DNA of 63,629 nt, counting the filler. It is 5 parts of 5 records of this genome, joined end to end, with 100 filler letters (N's around TTAATTAATTAA, not from the genome) between each part and the next. Parts side by side here need not be neighbours in the genome. Positions count along the whole stretch, not along the records: positions 14,834 to 42,795 come from SRR31156797_14378; 4 more parts are not named here. One strand, given 5' to 3'. Each line of letters begins with the position of its first letter. The first letter of the stretch is position 1. A program made the position numbers and the translations under genes. Positions 31,605 through 42,895 of this stretch are shown here, piece by piece. Under the pieces are notes generated by a model. The model did no database searches, was not told the DNA's origin, and saw nothing but the letters and a program-made list of their open reading frames with translations.

Positions 31605-34442
31605 TTAGTCGTTGTTGAGTGTCTGCTTTAAAAATTTCCCCGTATAGGACAGGGGCTCGCTGGCAACCTCTTCCGGAGTGCCACTGGCTACAATGGTGCC
31701 ACCTCCGTCCCCACCTTCAGGACCAATATCGAGTATATAATCTGCAGTTTTGATAACATCGAGATTATGCTCAATAACCACCACACTGTTGCCGCCATCT
31801 ACTAACCTCCCCAGCACACGAAGCAGGTGTTGGATATCAGCAGGGTGGAGGCCAGTTGTCGGTTCGTCCAGGATATACAATGTCTTGCCGGTGGAACGTC
31901 TGCTGAGTTCCTTAGCCAGTTTTACGCGCTGGGCCTCCCCCCCCGAAAGCGTTACCGATGATTGCCCCAGTTTAATATAGCCAAGTCCCACATCAACTAC
32001 GGTCTGCAATCGCTTTTGAATCGGAGGGATATTCTTAAAGAACTCCAGGCTCTCTTCCACTGTCATGTCAAGAATATCAGCAATATTGTTGCCGCGGTAG
32101 CGAATGTCCAATGTTTCCTGATTATACCGTTTTCCATGACAACGCTCACAGGTCACGTATATATCGGGCAGAAAATGCATTGCAATCCGGATGACCCCGT
32201 CACCTTCACATGTCTCACAACGGCCACCCTTCAAATTAAAACTAAACCGACCCGGCTTATATCCTCTAGCACGTGACTCAGGCAACCTCGCAAGCAGTTC
32301 TCTTATGGGGGTGAAAATACCGGTATAGGTTGCCGGATTCGATCGGGGTGTTCTGCCGATTGGGCTTTGGTCAATATCAATGACCTTATCGATATTATCC
32401 AGCCCGCTTAACACGGACTTTTTGGCCGTGACAGTTTGCTTATCTTGAAAAGCACCCTGGGCCTCATTGTATAATGTTTCGATGATCAATGAACTTTTCC
32501 CGGATCCAGATACACCGGTAACACACGTCATAACTCCCAGAGGGATGGCTGTGGACAGGTTCTTAAGATTATTTACAGTGGCACCAGTGATCTGCAGCTG
32601 GTATTTTTTCCCCTTACGGATTTTCCTTCTTTTTTCAGGAACGGGAATCTCCAACCGCCCGGAAAGATATCCTCCGGTTTGTGATGCCTCGCAATCAAGC
32701 AGTCCTTTAACTTCTCCGGAATAAAGAATCTCTCCACCATGGACACCAGCACCGGGACCGATATCAAGCACGTGGTCGGCAGAGGCAATGGTATCAGTAT
32801 CATGCTCTACCACGATAACACTATTTCCCAGGTCTCGTAAATTGAGCAGGGTCTTTATCAGCTTGTTGTTGTCACGCTGGTGTAAACCAATACTCGGTTC
32901 ATCGAGAATATAGAGTACACCGGCCAGACCTGAACCGATTTGCGAAGCAAGTCGGATTCGCTGCGCTTCCCCGCCCGATAGTGTGCCCGCTTTTCTTTCA
33001 AGGGAAAGATAGCCCAATCCTACCCCCTGTAAAAAAGAAAGTCGCTCATTCACTTCCTTTAATATAGGCTTGGCGATAAAGGCTTGGCGTTCAGAGAACT
33101 CAAGGGTTTGCAGTTGTTCAATCAAATGCTCTATGGAAAACCCGGTCAGATCCATGATTGACCATTTCCCTACTCTCACTGCTAACGCTTCGGGTTTCAG
33201 ACGCATCCCGCTGCAGGCAGGACAGGCCTGCTCGTTCATAAACTTGGCAATTTCCTCTCGAACTCTGGATGAAGAGGTGTCTCGAAATAATCGATTCAAC
33301 CTAGGAATGATGCCTTCAAAACTTACCTGAGAAACAAGCACCTTGTTGCCACGCTGATGATGAAATTCCAGTTTCTCTTTACCTGTTCCATTTAAAATTG
33401 CCTTTTTTACTTTGGCAGGAAAATCGGCAAAAGGAGTATCAGGTTTTATTTTAAAATGACGAATAAATGCCTCGATCCATTGGGTTGCATAACTCGAAAG
33501 TTTGCGTCGACGCCAAGGCCCAATCGCACCATCGAGCAAACTGAGTTGTGGATCAGGGACGATGAGGTTTTCGTCAAGAAACTGGTTTACTCCCAGACCA
33601 CTGCATTCAGGGCATGCCCCTTGGGGATTATTAAAGGAAAACAACTGGGTGGACAGTTCTGGAACTGATATACTGCACCGGTGGCAGGCTGCCGATTCGC
33701 TGAACAAAACTTCTTCTCCGCTCTCAGGAAAAGAGGCAATCATTGTTCCCTCACCAAGCTGTACGGCTGTGCTTACCGATTCATCTAATCTTCTCCGAAT
33801 GGAGGATTTCAGCACCAAACGGTCAATAACCGCTTCTACAAAATGGTGTTTATTTTTCTCTAAAATAATCTCTTCACTTAACTGGCGAATCTCTCCGTCA
33901 ACGCGAACCCTGACATATCCTTCTTTGCGCAGGCGTAAAAAGATCTGCTCATGCCTTCCTTTTTTCTGCTTAACAAGCGGTGCCAGTAAAACCACCTTCT
34001 CACCTTCATCTCGTTGGAGCAAGGTCTCAACCATATCCTCAATCGATTGCGAACGGATAGGATCCCCGCACTCGGGACAGTGGGCCTGCCCGGCCCTCGC
34101 ATACAGCAGACGCAGGTGGTCATAAATCTCGGTCACCGTACCCACTGTAGAACGAGGGTTTCTACTCGTCGTTTTCTGCTCAATGGAAACTGCCGGGGAA
34201 AGCCCCTCCAGCAAATCCACATCAGGCTTCTCCATCTGACCGAGAAATTGCCTGGCGTAGGTGGAAAGCGATTCTACATACCGTCGCTGCCCTTCTGCAT
34301 AAAGAGTATCAAAGGCCAAGGTCGATTTCCCAGACCCAGAAAGACCTGTAAAAACGACCAATTTATTTCGAGGCAAATCAACTGAAATATTTTTCAAGTT
34401 GTGCATTCGCGCACCACGAATGCGCAAAAACTGTGGTTCCAT
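31605..34442 (-). CDS. uvrA: Excinuclease ABC subunit A
   Basis: [23 protein letters not shown], two ABC cassettes (LSGGEAQR), Zn fingers. Start placed at ATG 34442 (MEPQFL). Confidence 0.99.
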   Translation of the reverse strand: MEPQFLRIRGARMHNLKNISVDLPRNKLVVFTGLSGSGKSTLAFDTLYAEGQRRYVESLSTYARQFLGQMEKPDVDLLEGLSPAVSIEQKTTSRNPRSTVGTVTEIYDHLRLLYARAGQAHCPECGDPIRSQSIEDMVETLLQRDEGEKVVLLAPLVKQKKGRHEQIFLRLRKEGYVRVRVDGEIRQLSEEIILEKNKHHFVEAVIDRLVLKSSIRRRLDESVSTAVQLGEGTMIASFPESGEEVLFSESAACHRCSISVPELSTQLFSFNNPQGACPECSGLGVNQFLDENLIVPDPQLSLLDGAIGPWRRRKLSSYATQWIEAFIRHFKIKPDTPFADFPAKVKKAILNGTGKEKLEFHHQRGNKVLVSQVSFEGIIPRLNRLFRDTSSSRVREEIAKFMNEQACPACSGMRLKPEALAVRVGKWSIMDLTGFSIEHLIEQLQTLEFSERQAFIAKPILKEVNERLSFLQGVGLGYLSLERKAGTLSGGEAQRIRLASQIGSGLAGVLYILDEPSIGLHQRDNNKLIKTLLNLRDLGNSVIVVEHDTDTIASADHVLDIGPGAGVHGGEILYSGEVKGLLDCEASQTGGYLSGRLEIPVPEKRRKIRKGKKYQLQITGATVNNLKNLSTAIPLGVMTCVTGVSGSGKSSLIIETLYNEAQGAFQDKQTVTAKKSVLSGLDNIDKVIDIDQSPIGRTPRSNPATYTGIFTPIRELLARLPESRARGYKPGRFSFNLKGGRCETCEGDGVIRIAMHFLPDIYVTCERCHGKRYNQETLDIRYRGNNIADILDMTVEESLEFFKNIPPIQKRLQTVVDVGLGYIKLGQSSVTLSGGEAQRVKLAKELSRRSTGKTLYILDEPTTGLHPADIQHLLRVLGRLVDGGNSVVVIEHNLDVIKTADYILDIGPEGGDGGGTIVASGTPEEVASEPLSYTGKFLKQTLNND

Positions 34443-34723
34443 AAATAACTCATCAACAAAAAAAGAAAAAAGCAATGACTGGTGATGGACAAATAACCAA
34501 CCCTAGGTAACCTATATACAATTTCATTTGCCACATTCCGTTACTGTGGTAGACTATTATGTTCAAACATGAAGTACACATCTTGCATTTCGATCTTTGA
34601 AATGCAAACCAGTAATAAAGTAATAGAGGGTACGTGCAAAGCGCATTGCAACACGCCCCGTGGTCGGTTACCTAATAGTAGCCATCATTTTACAACAATC
34701 AATACAGGAACCATCTCTTTGCC

Positions 34724-35596
34724 ATGTATTTTCAAGATATCATTGGGACTCTGAACAGTTACTGGGCCTCTATGGGCTGTGTCGTTCTCCAGCCTTACGA
34801 CATGGAGGTTGGAGCCGGAACATTCCACCCTGCAACCCTTCTTCGTTCCCTGGGCCCTGAACCTTGGAAAGCCGCCTATGTTCAGCCGTCTCGACGCCCC
34901 ACTGACGGCCGCTACGGTGAAAACCCTAACCGCCTGCAGCACTACTACCAGTATCAAGTGGTAATCAAACCTTCGCCGCCAGACTCCCAAGAGATGTACC
35001 TTGAAAGTTTACGGCAATTCGGACTCGACCTGCTGGAGCATGATATCCGTTTTGTAGAAGACGATTGGGAATCACCGACCCTTGGTGCCTGGGGACTGGG
35101 ATGGGAAGTATGGCTGGATGGCATGGAAATTACCCAGTTTACCTACTTTCAGCAAGCTGGCTCCATCGATCTCAAACCTATCACGGTTGAAATCACCTAT
35201 GGGCTTGAGCGCATTGCCATGTATCTGCAAAAAGTCGACTCAGTCTACGACATCAAGTGGAATGAACATGTGACCTATGGTCAAATTTTTCATCAGGCTG
35301 AAAAGGAATTTTCTGCTTTCAATTTTGAAGAGGCCAATGTCGGTGACATGATTACCGCCTTTAACAACTATGAACGTGAAGCCTTAAAACTTGCAGAGAA
35401 AAATCTCATCCTGCCAGCATACGATTACTGCCTTAAATGTTCGCATACATTCAATCTCCTTGATGCACGCAAAGCAATCAGTGTAGCTGAACGGACTCGG
35501 TATATAGGCAGGATACGTAATATAGCCCGCCAAGTTGCCCAGAAATATGTCCAGCAGCGGGAAGAAATGGGGCATCCACTTCTGAAAAAAAATTAA
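34724..35596 (+). CDS. glyQ: Glycine--tRNA ligase alpha subunit
   Basis: [49 protein letters not shown]. Confidence 0.99.
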   Translation: MYFQDIIGTLNSYWASMGCVVLQPYDMEVGAGTFHPATLLRSLGPEPWKAAYVQPSRRPTDGRYGENPNRLQHYYQYQVVIKPSPPDSQEMYLESLRQFGLDLLEHDIRFVEDDWESPTLGAWGLGWEVWLDGMEITQFTYFQQAGSIDLKPITVEITYGLERIAMYLQKVDSVYDIKWNEHVTYGQIFHQAEKEFSAFNFEEANVGDMITAFNNYEREALKLAEKNLILPAYDYCLKCSHTFNLLDARKAISVAERTRYIGRIRNIARQVAQKYVQQREEMGHPLLKKN

Positions 35597-35619
35597 ATAA
35601 CTCCTTTCCACCTTAATAA

Positions 35620-35656
35620 AACAACCGGTGAAATCCTTGTGATTCCACCGGTTGTT
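35620..35656. terminator. Hairpin between convergent glyQ and hydrolase genes
   Basis: AACAACCGGTGAAATC ... GATTCCACCGGTTGTT stem. Confidence 0.7.
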
Positions 35657-35683
35657 GTGCTCTTTCTTCTTTTCCTAAAAAAT

Positions 35684-36367
35684 CTACAGCTCCAGGCCCT
35701 TTCCAGGGCTAAGCACAGTCACGTCCGAAGCTGTTTCCGCCCTCACCCTAGCCGCCCATGCGTCCGCATCCTGCTCAATAACATCAAATGTATTATAATG
35801 AATAGGCACTACCTGTTTGGGCGAAAGTAGTTTAACCGCGCGCAAAGCATCATCCGGACCCATGGTGAAATTATCCCCAATGGGAAGAATAGCCAAGTCC
35901 ACGCCTTCTTCACCGATAAGTTTCATATCGTAAAACAGGCCCGTATCGCATGCATGGTAAATTTTTTTTCCTTCCACGCTCAGCAGAAAACCGCACGGTG
36001 CCCCACCATAGGAGCCGTCAGGTAACTGTGAACCATGGTGAGCAATGGTCAGCTTAACCCGGCCCCACGGATAATCAAACCCACCTCCGATATGCTGGGG
36101 ATGCACCTTGTCAATTCCCTGGCTATTTAACCAGTTGCATATCTCAAAATTAGCTACGACGGTCGCTCCGGTACGCTTGGCAATGGCAATGGTATCACCA
36201 ATATGGTCACCATGACCGTGAGACACTAGGATATAATCTGCCTTCACATCCTCTGCCTCGAGCGGACAGAGAGGATTCCCCGTTATAAATGGATCTATGA
36301 GTATTCTAGTGCCCCCAGTTTCCATCAAAAACGCCGAATGGCTGAGCCACGTTACTTTAATTGCCAT
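35684..36367 (-). CDS. Metallo-beta-lactamase-fold metal-dependent hydrolase (UPF0173)
   Basis: LIDPFITGNP, SHGHGDH, YHACDTGLF, LPIGDNFTMG, PIHYNTF. Confidence 0.92.
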   Translation of the reverse strand: MAIKVTWLSHSAFLMETGGTRILIDPFITGNPLCPLEAEDVKADYILVSHGHGDHIGDTIAIAKRTGATVVANFEICNWLNSQGIDKVHPQHIGGGFDYPWGRVKLTIAHHGSQLPDGSYGGAPCGFLLSVEGKKIYHACDTGLFYDMKLIGEEGVDLAILPIGDNFTMGPDDALRAVKLLSPKQVVPIHYNTFDVIEQDADAWAARVRAETASDVTVLSPGKGLEL

Positions 36368-36805
36368 TTTCTCCTCCTTTCGTATGATAAAATCACCAAA
36401 TTTTCTGCGTAAAAAAACCTACGAGCCTGACTAGAGGATACCTTAAAAAAAAAGATTTTTCGATGCAGGTCAGGTAAGTTCCCTCCCAGGGATCCCATTT
36501 TTTCGAAAGACATATAATTGATATGGGTGTCTGCTGTTCTAAACTGTCCTAGAAATCCTTTCTTTCCGTCCCTCTACAATGATAATTTTTCCAGTAGTAT
36601 GCTCTTCCCATAACCTACACTATTACATTACTCAAACTTAACTATATTTGCCTTTGATAATGTTTACCCTTAACGTACTGAATATAAATATTCTGCTGGG
36701 TGCATATAAGAAGGACACAAACTGTGATTTCAAGATGATCAATCTTCCCAGGCTAAACAGCTGCCATTCAACCTCACCCATATAATCCAATTTACGTTAT
36801 GGAGA

Positions 36806-37372
36806 ATGAAAATGATTAAAATGCTGGTTATTTATGCAAGTGACTACGGCAGTACAGAAAAAATGGCTAACGCAGCAGTAGAAGGGATTACTTCTATATC
36901 GGGAGCAAAAGCTGTTTTAAGAAAAGCGGAAAACGTAACAGCTGATGACTTTACTTCAAGTGATGGAGTCCTGCTCGGCAGTCCGGTACATATGGGGAGC
37001 ATGGATTGGCGAGTGAAGAAAATGATAGATACTGTTTGCTCAGGCCTCTGGATGCAGGACAAAATGAATGGAAAAATAATTGGTCTTTTTGCCTCTGGAG
37101 GTGGGTTCGGTGGTGCTGGTGGCGGGGTCGAACTGACCTTTGTCTCCATGCTAAACAACTTCATCGAACTGGGTATGGTCTTTGTCCCCTTACCCAAAAT
37201 GACGAAAAATTACAAAAAAGGCGGGCTACACTGGGGCCCCTACGGACGTTCAGCAGATGAAGAGATGAATCCCAAGGGCGTCAGCGATCAAGTGCTCGCT
37301 CTTACCCAAAAACACGCCATGCATGTTACCCGAGTAGCCCAAGAACTCAAAAACAAAAATATATTTGCCTGA
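36806..37372 (+). CDS. Flavodoxin/WrbA-like NAD(P)H-dependent oxidoreductase
   Basis: IYASDYGSTEKMA FMN loop, DGVLLGSPVHMG, GGGVE. Confidence 0.8.
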   Translation: MKMIKMLVIYASDYGSTEKMANAAVEGITSISGAKAVLRKAENVTADDFTSSDGVLLGSPVHMGSMDWRVKKMIDTVCSGLWMQDKMNGKIIGLFASGGGFGGAGGGVELTFVSMLNNFIELGMVFVPLPKMTKNYKKGGLHWGPYGRSADEEMNPKGVSDQVLALTQKHAMHVTRVAQELKNKNIFA

Positions 37373-37671
37373 TATCTACGAAAACACCTCTCCATATAGG
37401 TTGCCACAAGTTGCAAACGAATGGGGAGGTCAACAAGGCCACAACCGTTCTTGAGAATATCCCACTACTATTTACTCACCCCCCAGCCCCCAGGCCACCA
37501 CCCCGAGTTGACAACAATCACCGCCTCATTTTTTTGATCCTTAATCTATTTCACTTTCAGGTTTCGAAAAAACTTGCTGTTATCCCCAAGACCTGCAAAT
37601 ATCTTTACATTAAGGTAGTGCCTTTATCCCAACACAAATTCCATTGTCATCGCACCAGGAACTCGAAAGTT

Positions 37672-40600
37672 ATGATCCAGCAACCGACTCAAGCTACATC
37701 CAGCCCAGTGCAGGAAGATCAAACCACTCCCGGCAGTGGTGCCGATATTATTAACAGGGCTGTCAGCGTGGGACTTGCGCCAAGGATACTGTACCAGGCG
37801 GTCATTGACCTTTCTTCCCAGGGATTGATAACTGCCAATTGTATCAACATGGCTGCAGGTATCCTGCTCCATGACCTTGGGTTGCCTAATTATTTTTTTG
37901 AACATATTCAACCAGCCGCACTGGCCCATCTCCTCCAATCTATTGCCACCAGTGTCAAGCGTATCGACGACAGCGTGGTTCTCTATGGCCGAGTGGCACA
38001 TGTTGACTTTGATGTAGAAATAGGCAGTGATATCCAACAAGTACGAATTGCCACCGAAGAAACCAGGGACAGCATGGAGGATATGCTGGAAGGATTTATT
38101 TCAGGACATCGTCGTGAATACTACTACAGCCCGGAGAGCAACTACTATACCTATATCATTCGTCCTGAAATCGTTAACGAACTCCCAAAAGAAGCCTTCA
38201 ATGAGTCTCGCTTTCTGTTCAACATCTCCCAGGACTACTCAAGCACTCCGGAACCAACACGCAGGCGCTATGAAAAATTCGTAATGCAGACCGAAAACTC
38301 GGTAATGCCGCTGATTGAATTTTTCAACCTTCCCCAAACCGGTGAGACCCGTTTGATGTTCAAAACCGATTTTGCCAATCCACAGCTTCCTGTCTTCAGG
38401 AAACTTCTTGAAGACCACTCCCTCACCCTGGTCCGCGCCTATTGGGAGCCTTATTATTCAGGGACAAACGTTCCCACCTCTATCTGCACTCTTTACATTC
38501 AAGGTGAACTCTCACGAACACAGGAACAAGCAGTTGCCGCTGATCTGGTTTCATTTCTTGCTTTTGCTGTTAATGGAGCAAAACGGCTCTACCTGGAAGA
38601 AAAGCTGTCTTTTCCGGAAATGCTTTTTGCCGGAAATGCAATTGACTTCACGCACATGTTCATCTTCCAGGAGAGTGAAAATGCCACAGACAGAGAAATA
38701 CTCAACAGTCTTTCCGGGCAAGATCATCAGGATGCTTTTGCCAAAAGAATTCAGGGAGCCAATAAGTCAACCTATGGCGATGCCCTGATTGAAGATATGG
38801 TCTGCAGACATCCGGATCTCATCCAGTATTTGTTTGAGCTCTTTGATCAGCGCTTCAACCCCGAAATAAAAAACCATATATCCGCAAACGAACTCAACAG
38901 TAAATACGAAGAATTTGAACGAATTATAGCCTCCAGGTTTATTGACTTCCATCTCGGCTACGATATTTTCAAATTCATGTTTAAGCTGGTTGTCTCCACT
39001 TTAAAAACCAACTTTTACAGTTCACAAAAACGCTCCTTTGCCTTTCGTTTTGATAACTCCACCCTTGACCCACTTGTATTCAGCCAGTTCGTATACGGAG
39101 TATTTTACATAAACGGTCACTATGCCTGCGGGACCCACCTTCGTGCAGCCGATATCGCCCGCGGCGGCCTCCGACTCATCAGGGTCTCTCCGACTAACTA
39201 CGAGTCCGAATTGGATAATGCGGTACTTCTTAACTACGCTCTTGGCCCCAAGGCCCAGCGACTGAAGCACAAAGACATTTGTGAAAGCGGCTCTAAGGGG
39301 GTTGTTGTTCCCCGTCCTCTCTACGCTGCCTATCCTCTTGAATCTCTACAGGACTATACAGAGGGAATCATGGACTTAATGCTCCCCGGCGATTCTGTGG
39401 TTGATTACTATGGGAAACCAGAAATGATCTTTTTCGGCCCCGATGAAGGAACAGCCCTGCTCATGGATAAAGTAGCTTATCGCGGTAAGGAAAGAGGATA
39501 TCCCTACTGGAGAACCCTGACGACAGGAAAAAGTTTCGGTATCCCCCACGATACCTACGGTCTACTGGAAAGCGGTGACCTTTTTGCTCTCTACGGGAAG
39601 GGAAACCAGGGAGTTGATCTCCATATTAGCGGGCAGTCTGTAGTTCTCACCGATGATATGGACCAGATATACCAGCACATAGGCGGTAAAATTGCGACTA
39701 GCGGTATGACGACCACCAGCGTGATGTCGACCTTCAGAACCTTGGTCTCCGAATTTGGCACCAAAGAAGAAGATCTGAACCTGATGTTGACCGGCGGTCC
39801 TGACGGTGACCTTGGAGCAAATCAGATTCAATCGTACCGGGGAAAAATCTGTCTTATAATTGATGGCGGCTCAATACTCTTTGACCCGAATGGACTGGAT
39901 AAGGAAGAGTTGACAAAAATAGCTTTTATGCGCCACACTTCACCACGGAAAAACACCCTTGCCTTTCCGGTGGACAAACTCAGCGCAAATGGCTTTATGG
40001 TACCAATAAGTGCCAAAAACATCCAACTACCTGATGGCACAATGATCGAAGATGGAGCTTATTTTCATCGCCATTTTCTAGCCACCCCTGAGAACCGCCG
40101 TTTCATCACCCAGGCAAATATCCGGGCATTCACCCCCTGCGGAGGTTTAAAAGATACGATAAATCAGAACAATATTAACCAGTTTCTCTCCCTGTTTGCC
40201 GAACTTCAATATATTGTTGAGGGTGCCAACGTCTTTTTCGATGATGCCTCAAGGCGCCATATCGCCACCACAACCGACATAAAGCACATCAAGGATTCTA
40301 CGGCTAATAAAGGTGGCGTTTTCAGCAGTTCCATTGCCGAAATCCTCACCGCATTTCTCTTTCAGGATGAGTATGAGCACCAGCTTCTACATAAAAATGA
40401 TATTAGATTGGCTTTGATCAAGGATGTCATCCTCCAAGTGGAAGAATATGCTCGTATAGAGACAACCATGTTGCTGCGTATCCACCAGCAGGAACCGCAA
40501 TTGAACCTTTTTGAACTTTCAGAAAGTACCAGTGAATCGATATTTTCCTTTCAGAATATTCTTGAAGAACAACTGCCAACCATTTTAGAGGACGATGCCC

Positions 40601-40839
40601 TGGTCTGGTCTGTTATCGAAGCATACACGCCGGCCATTCTCACCCAGACACTGGGAAGGGAGCAGATCATGGCAACCCTTTCAGCCCCTGATATGCAGCC
40701 ATATCGAAATGCAATCCTCACCAAAAAACTGGCCTCTACTGCATTTTATAGATTCTATACAGAATGGAAACCTTACCTGGAAGCTTCAAAAATGGACCTG
40801 GTAGGAGCTCTGGAAAAGGCTATGAGTGCAGGTGTTTGA
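37672..40839 (+). CDS. Large NAD-dependent glutamate dehydrogenase (GDH2, ~115-kDa type)
   Basis: ARGGLR, KDICESGSKG, FFGPDEGTA, TTGKS, GIPHD, TGGPDGDLG, VEGANVF, ANKGGV.SSS. Start placed at ATG 37672 (1055 aa) after an AGGA RBS. Confidence 0.85.
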   Translation: MIQQPTQATSSPVQEDQTTPGSGADIINRAVSVGLAPRILYQAVIDLSSQGLITANCINMAAGILLHDLGLPNYFFEHIQPAALAHLLQSIATSVKRIDDSVVLYGRVAHVDFDVEIGSDIQQVRIATEETRDSMEDMLEGFISGHRREYYYSPESNYYTYIIRPEIVNELPKEAFNESRFLFNISQDYSSTPEPTRRRYEKFVMQTENSVMPLIEFFNLPQTGETRLMFKTDFANPQLPVFRKLLEDHSLTLVRAYWEPYYSGTNVPTSICTLYIQGELSRTQEQAVAADLVSFLAFAVNGAKRLYLEEKLSFPEMLFAGNAIDFTHMFIFQESENATDREILNSLSGQDHQDAFAKRIQGANKSTYGDALIEDMVCRHPDLIQYLFELFDQRFNPEIKNHISANELNSKYEEFERIIASRFIDFHLGYDIFKFMFKLVVSTLKTNFYSSQKRSFAFRFDNSTLDPLVFSQFVYGVFYINGHYACGTHLRAADIARGGLRLIRVSPTNYESELDNAVLLNYALGPKAQRLKHKDICESGSKGVVVPRPLYAAYPLESLQDYTEGIMDLMLPGDSVVDYYGKPEMIFFGPDEGTALLMDKVAYRGKERGYPYWRTLTTGKSFGIPHDTYGLLESGDLFALYGKGNQGVDLHISGQSVVLTDDMDQIYQHIGGKIATSGMTTTSVMSTFRTLVSEFGTKEEDLNLMLTGGPDGDLGANQIQSYRGKICLIIDGGSILFDPNGLDKEELTKIAFMRHTSPRKNTLAFPVDKLSANGFMVPISAKNIQLPDGTMIEDGAYFHRHFLATPENRRFITQANIRAFTPCGGLKDTINQNNINQFLSLFAELQYIVEGANVFFDDASRRHIATTTDIKHIKDSTANKGGVFSSSIAEILTAFLFQDEYEHQLLHKNDIRLALIKDVILQVEEYARIETTMLLRIHQQEPQLNLFELSESTSESIFSFQNILEEQLPTILEDDALVWSVIEAYTPAILTQTLGREQIMATLSAPDMQPYRNAILTKKLASTAFYRFYTEWKPYLEASKMDLVGALEKAMSAGV

Positions 40840-40974
40840 TAAAAAAGCACGTTCACTCACAGCAAAATATAATGGGTGTTGAAATATATGAAATTGGCGG
40901 CAAACAACTCTTACAAGCAATAATAACGATGACACTACATTTTAATATCAAATAGTTACTGTGACGGAGCTCCT

Positions 40975-42795
40975 GTGAACAAAATAGTCCTTATATGTTG
41001 TTTGCTTTTTGTCTTTGCTATTCAAAATGCTAACTCGCGTCCAGTTGATGCGGAAAAGGCGAAACAGGTAGCTCTTAACTGGTTATTTGAAAAATCCGGT
41101 CGCAAGCTTGACCCATCTAGTAAGTCTGGCCGCAAGCTTGACACACCTACTATTACCACTGCATTTACCAGAAAGGTAGACTCTGAAAATATTTACTATG
41201 TACTTAATTACCCTCAAGGAGGCTGGGTCATTATTTCTGCTGATGACATTGCTAATCCTATAATTGCCTTTTCATATACGGGAACATATTCTTCCCAAGG
41301 GCACCCCATTCAGTTCGACCAATGGATGGATAATGTAACAACTCAAATCCACACTGCAAAAGATAAACAAAATGAACCGTCCCCTAAGGCTAAAAAAGAA
41401 TGGGATCGGTTAAATGTAATTCCAGCTGAATTCACAGCTCATCCTCTCTCTTCTTCTGCTATTTCCCCTTTGCTAACAACCACTTGGAACCAAGGAAGGT
41501 ACTACAACACGTCATGTCCTGAAGATTCATCCGGGGCTGATGGTCATGTTTGGGCTGGGTGTGTAGCAACAGCTATGGGACAAGTGATGAAATATCATAA
41601 CCATCCATCGATAGGTGCGGGATCACATTCATATGACGATAATTCCTACGGTATACAGTCAGCTGACTTTGGGATGACCACTTACAACTGGTCATCCATG
41701 CCTGACTCATTAAGAGATTACAATGTAGATGTAGCTACCATGCTTTATCATGCCGGAGTTTCTGTGGAGATGGATTATGGAACGTCCGGTTCATCTGCAA
41801 ATGTCGGTATTGATGCAACAAACGCTTTAAAAACATATTTCAAATATAGTTATTCTCTTTATTATGCTGAAAAGTCTGACTACAGCATAGATGAATGGGT
41901 CGCCCTACTGCACACTGAACTCAACAACAGTCGTCCGGTTATCTACAGAGGGAGTGGAACAGGTGGACACGCTTTCGTCTGTGATGGATATATGGGGAGT
42001 GCAGATGATTTTTTCCACTTTAACTGGGGATGGGGAGGATACCTTGATGGCTATTTTTATTTACACGATTTGACACCTGGCAGTCACAGTTACACTAACT
42101 CTCAGGGGGCATTAATTGGCGTTACCCCTGTTGGGGACCCTCACTTATCATACCCTTATCATGAGAGTTTTGAAGAAGGGACTCCGGAAAATTGGGCTAT
42201 GGCTGGTTCGCTTGTGGGTATTATAACCGATGACTTCCATTGTGGTGCCAATAGCTTGGGACTCAGTGGTCCAGATATACGTGGTTCTTGGAGCAACAGG
42301 AATAATAGTGCAATTTTAGATATTAATGTCCCCGTTGAAGGAGCACAGTTGTCCTTTTGGGTAAAGCGAGGCTATGATCCAGCTGCGAGTCCCTACTCTC
42401 AACAAACAGCATCATTAAAAACGCAGTTCGGGGACACAACGTTATATACTTTTTATGATGGCGATTTTAACGACAGCCAGTGGCAGCAGTTTAGCCTCGA
42501 CCTATTGCCATATGCTGGTTCTAACATCAAATTAGTTGTTACCCAGTACCACAATAGTTCAAACTATTATCAATGGACGTATCTCGACGATGTCGAAATT
42601 ACTCTTCCCCCTACCTTATGCTTTGAAGATTTAGACCAAGATGGCTATGGATCCGGTAACATTATTGAAGATGATGGAAATGATGTTTGTGAGACAGAAG
42701 CAGGTGAATCAACTATAAGTAGCGACTGTAATGACACTGATCCCAGTGTACATCCTGGAGCTCCCGAAATTGCTGGGGACGGCGTTGATCAAGAC
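40975..42795 (+). CDS. Secreted C10 (streptopain/SpeB-like) cysteine peptidase with I69-like prodomain and C-terminal Asp/Cys-rich metal-binding repeat; 3' truncated
   Basis: GGWVIISADD prodomain, PLLTTTWNQG..YN, AGCVATAMGQ (Cys), GGHAFVCDG (His), HFNWGWGG; ends DCNDTDPSVHPGAPEIAGDGVDQD at the contig edge. Confidence 0.92.
41092..41142 (+). repeat. In-frame tandem duplication (30-bp period) in the C10 prodomain
   Basis: AAATCCGGTCGCAAGCTTGAC and AAGTCTGGCCGCAAGCTTGAC both encode KSGRKLD. Confidence 0.85.
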
Positions 42796-42895
42796 NNNNN
42801 NNNNNNNNNNNNNNNNNNNNNNNNNNNNNNNNNNNNNNNTTAATTAATTAANNNNNNNNNNNNNNNNNNNNNNNNNNNNNNNNNNNNNNNNNNNN
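42796..42895. other. Artificial contig linker
   Basis: N-run with TTAATTAATTAA. Confidence 0.98.

Noticed and set aside
36368-36805. ~440-bp intergenic region checked for a riboswitch or small gene
   Set aside because: Only very short ORFs and no recognisable riboswitch consensus or convincing structure.
37411-37671. 87-aa N-terminal extension of the glutamate dehydrogenase ORF
   Set aside because: TTG start, low-complexity non-protein-like sequence, and a better ATG with RBS at 37672.
42796-42895. ORF-track proteins 40975..42843 and 42848..45199 ending in X runs
   Set aside because: They read into the linker; the real genes are truncated at 42795 and 42896.
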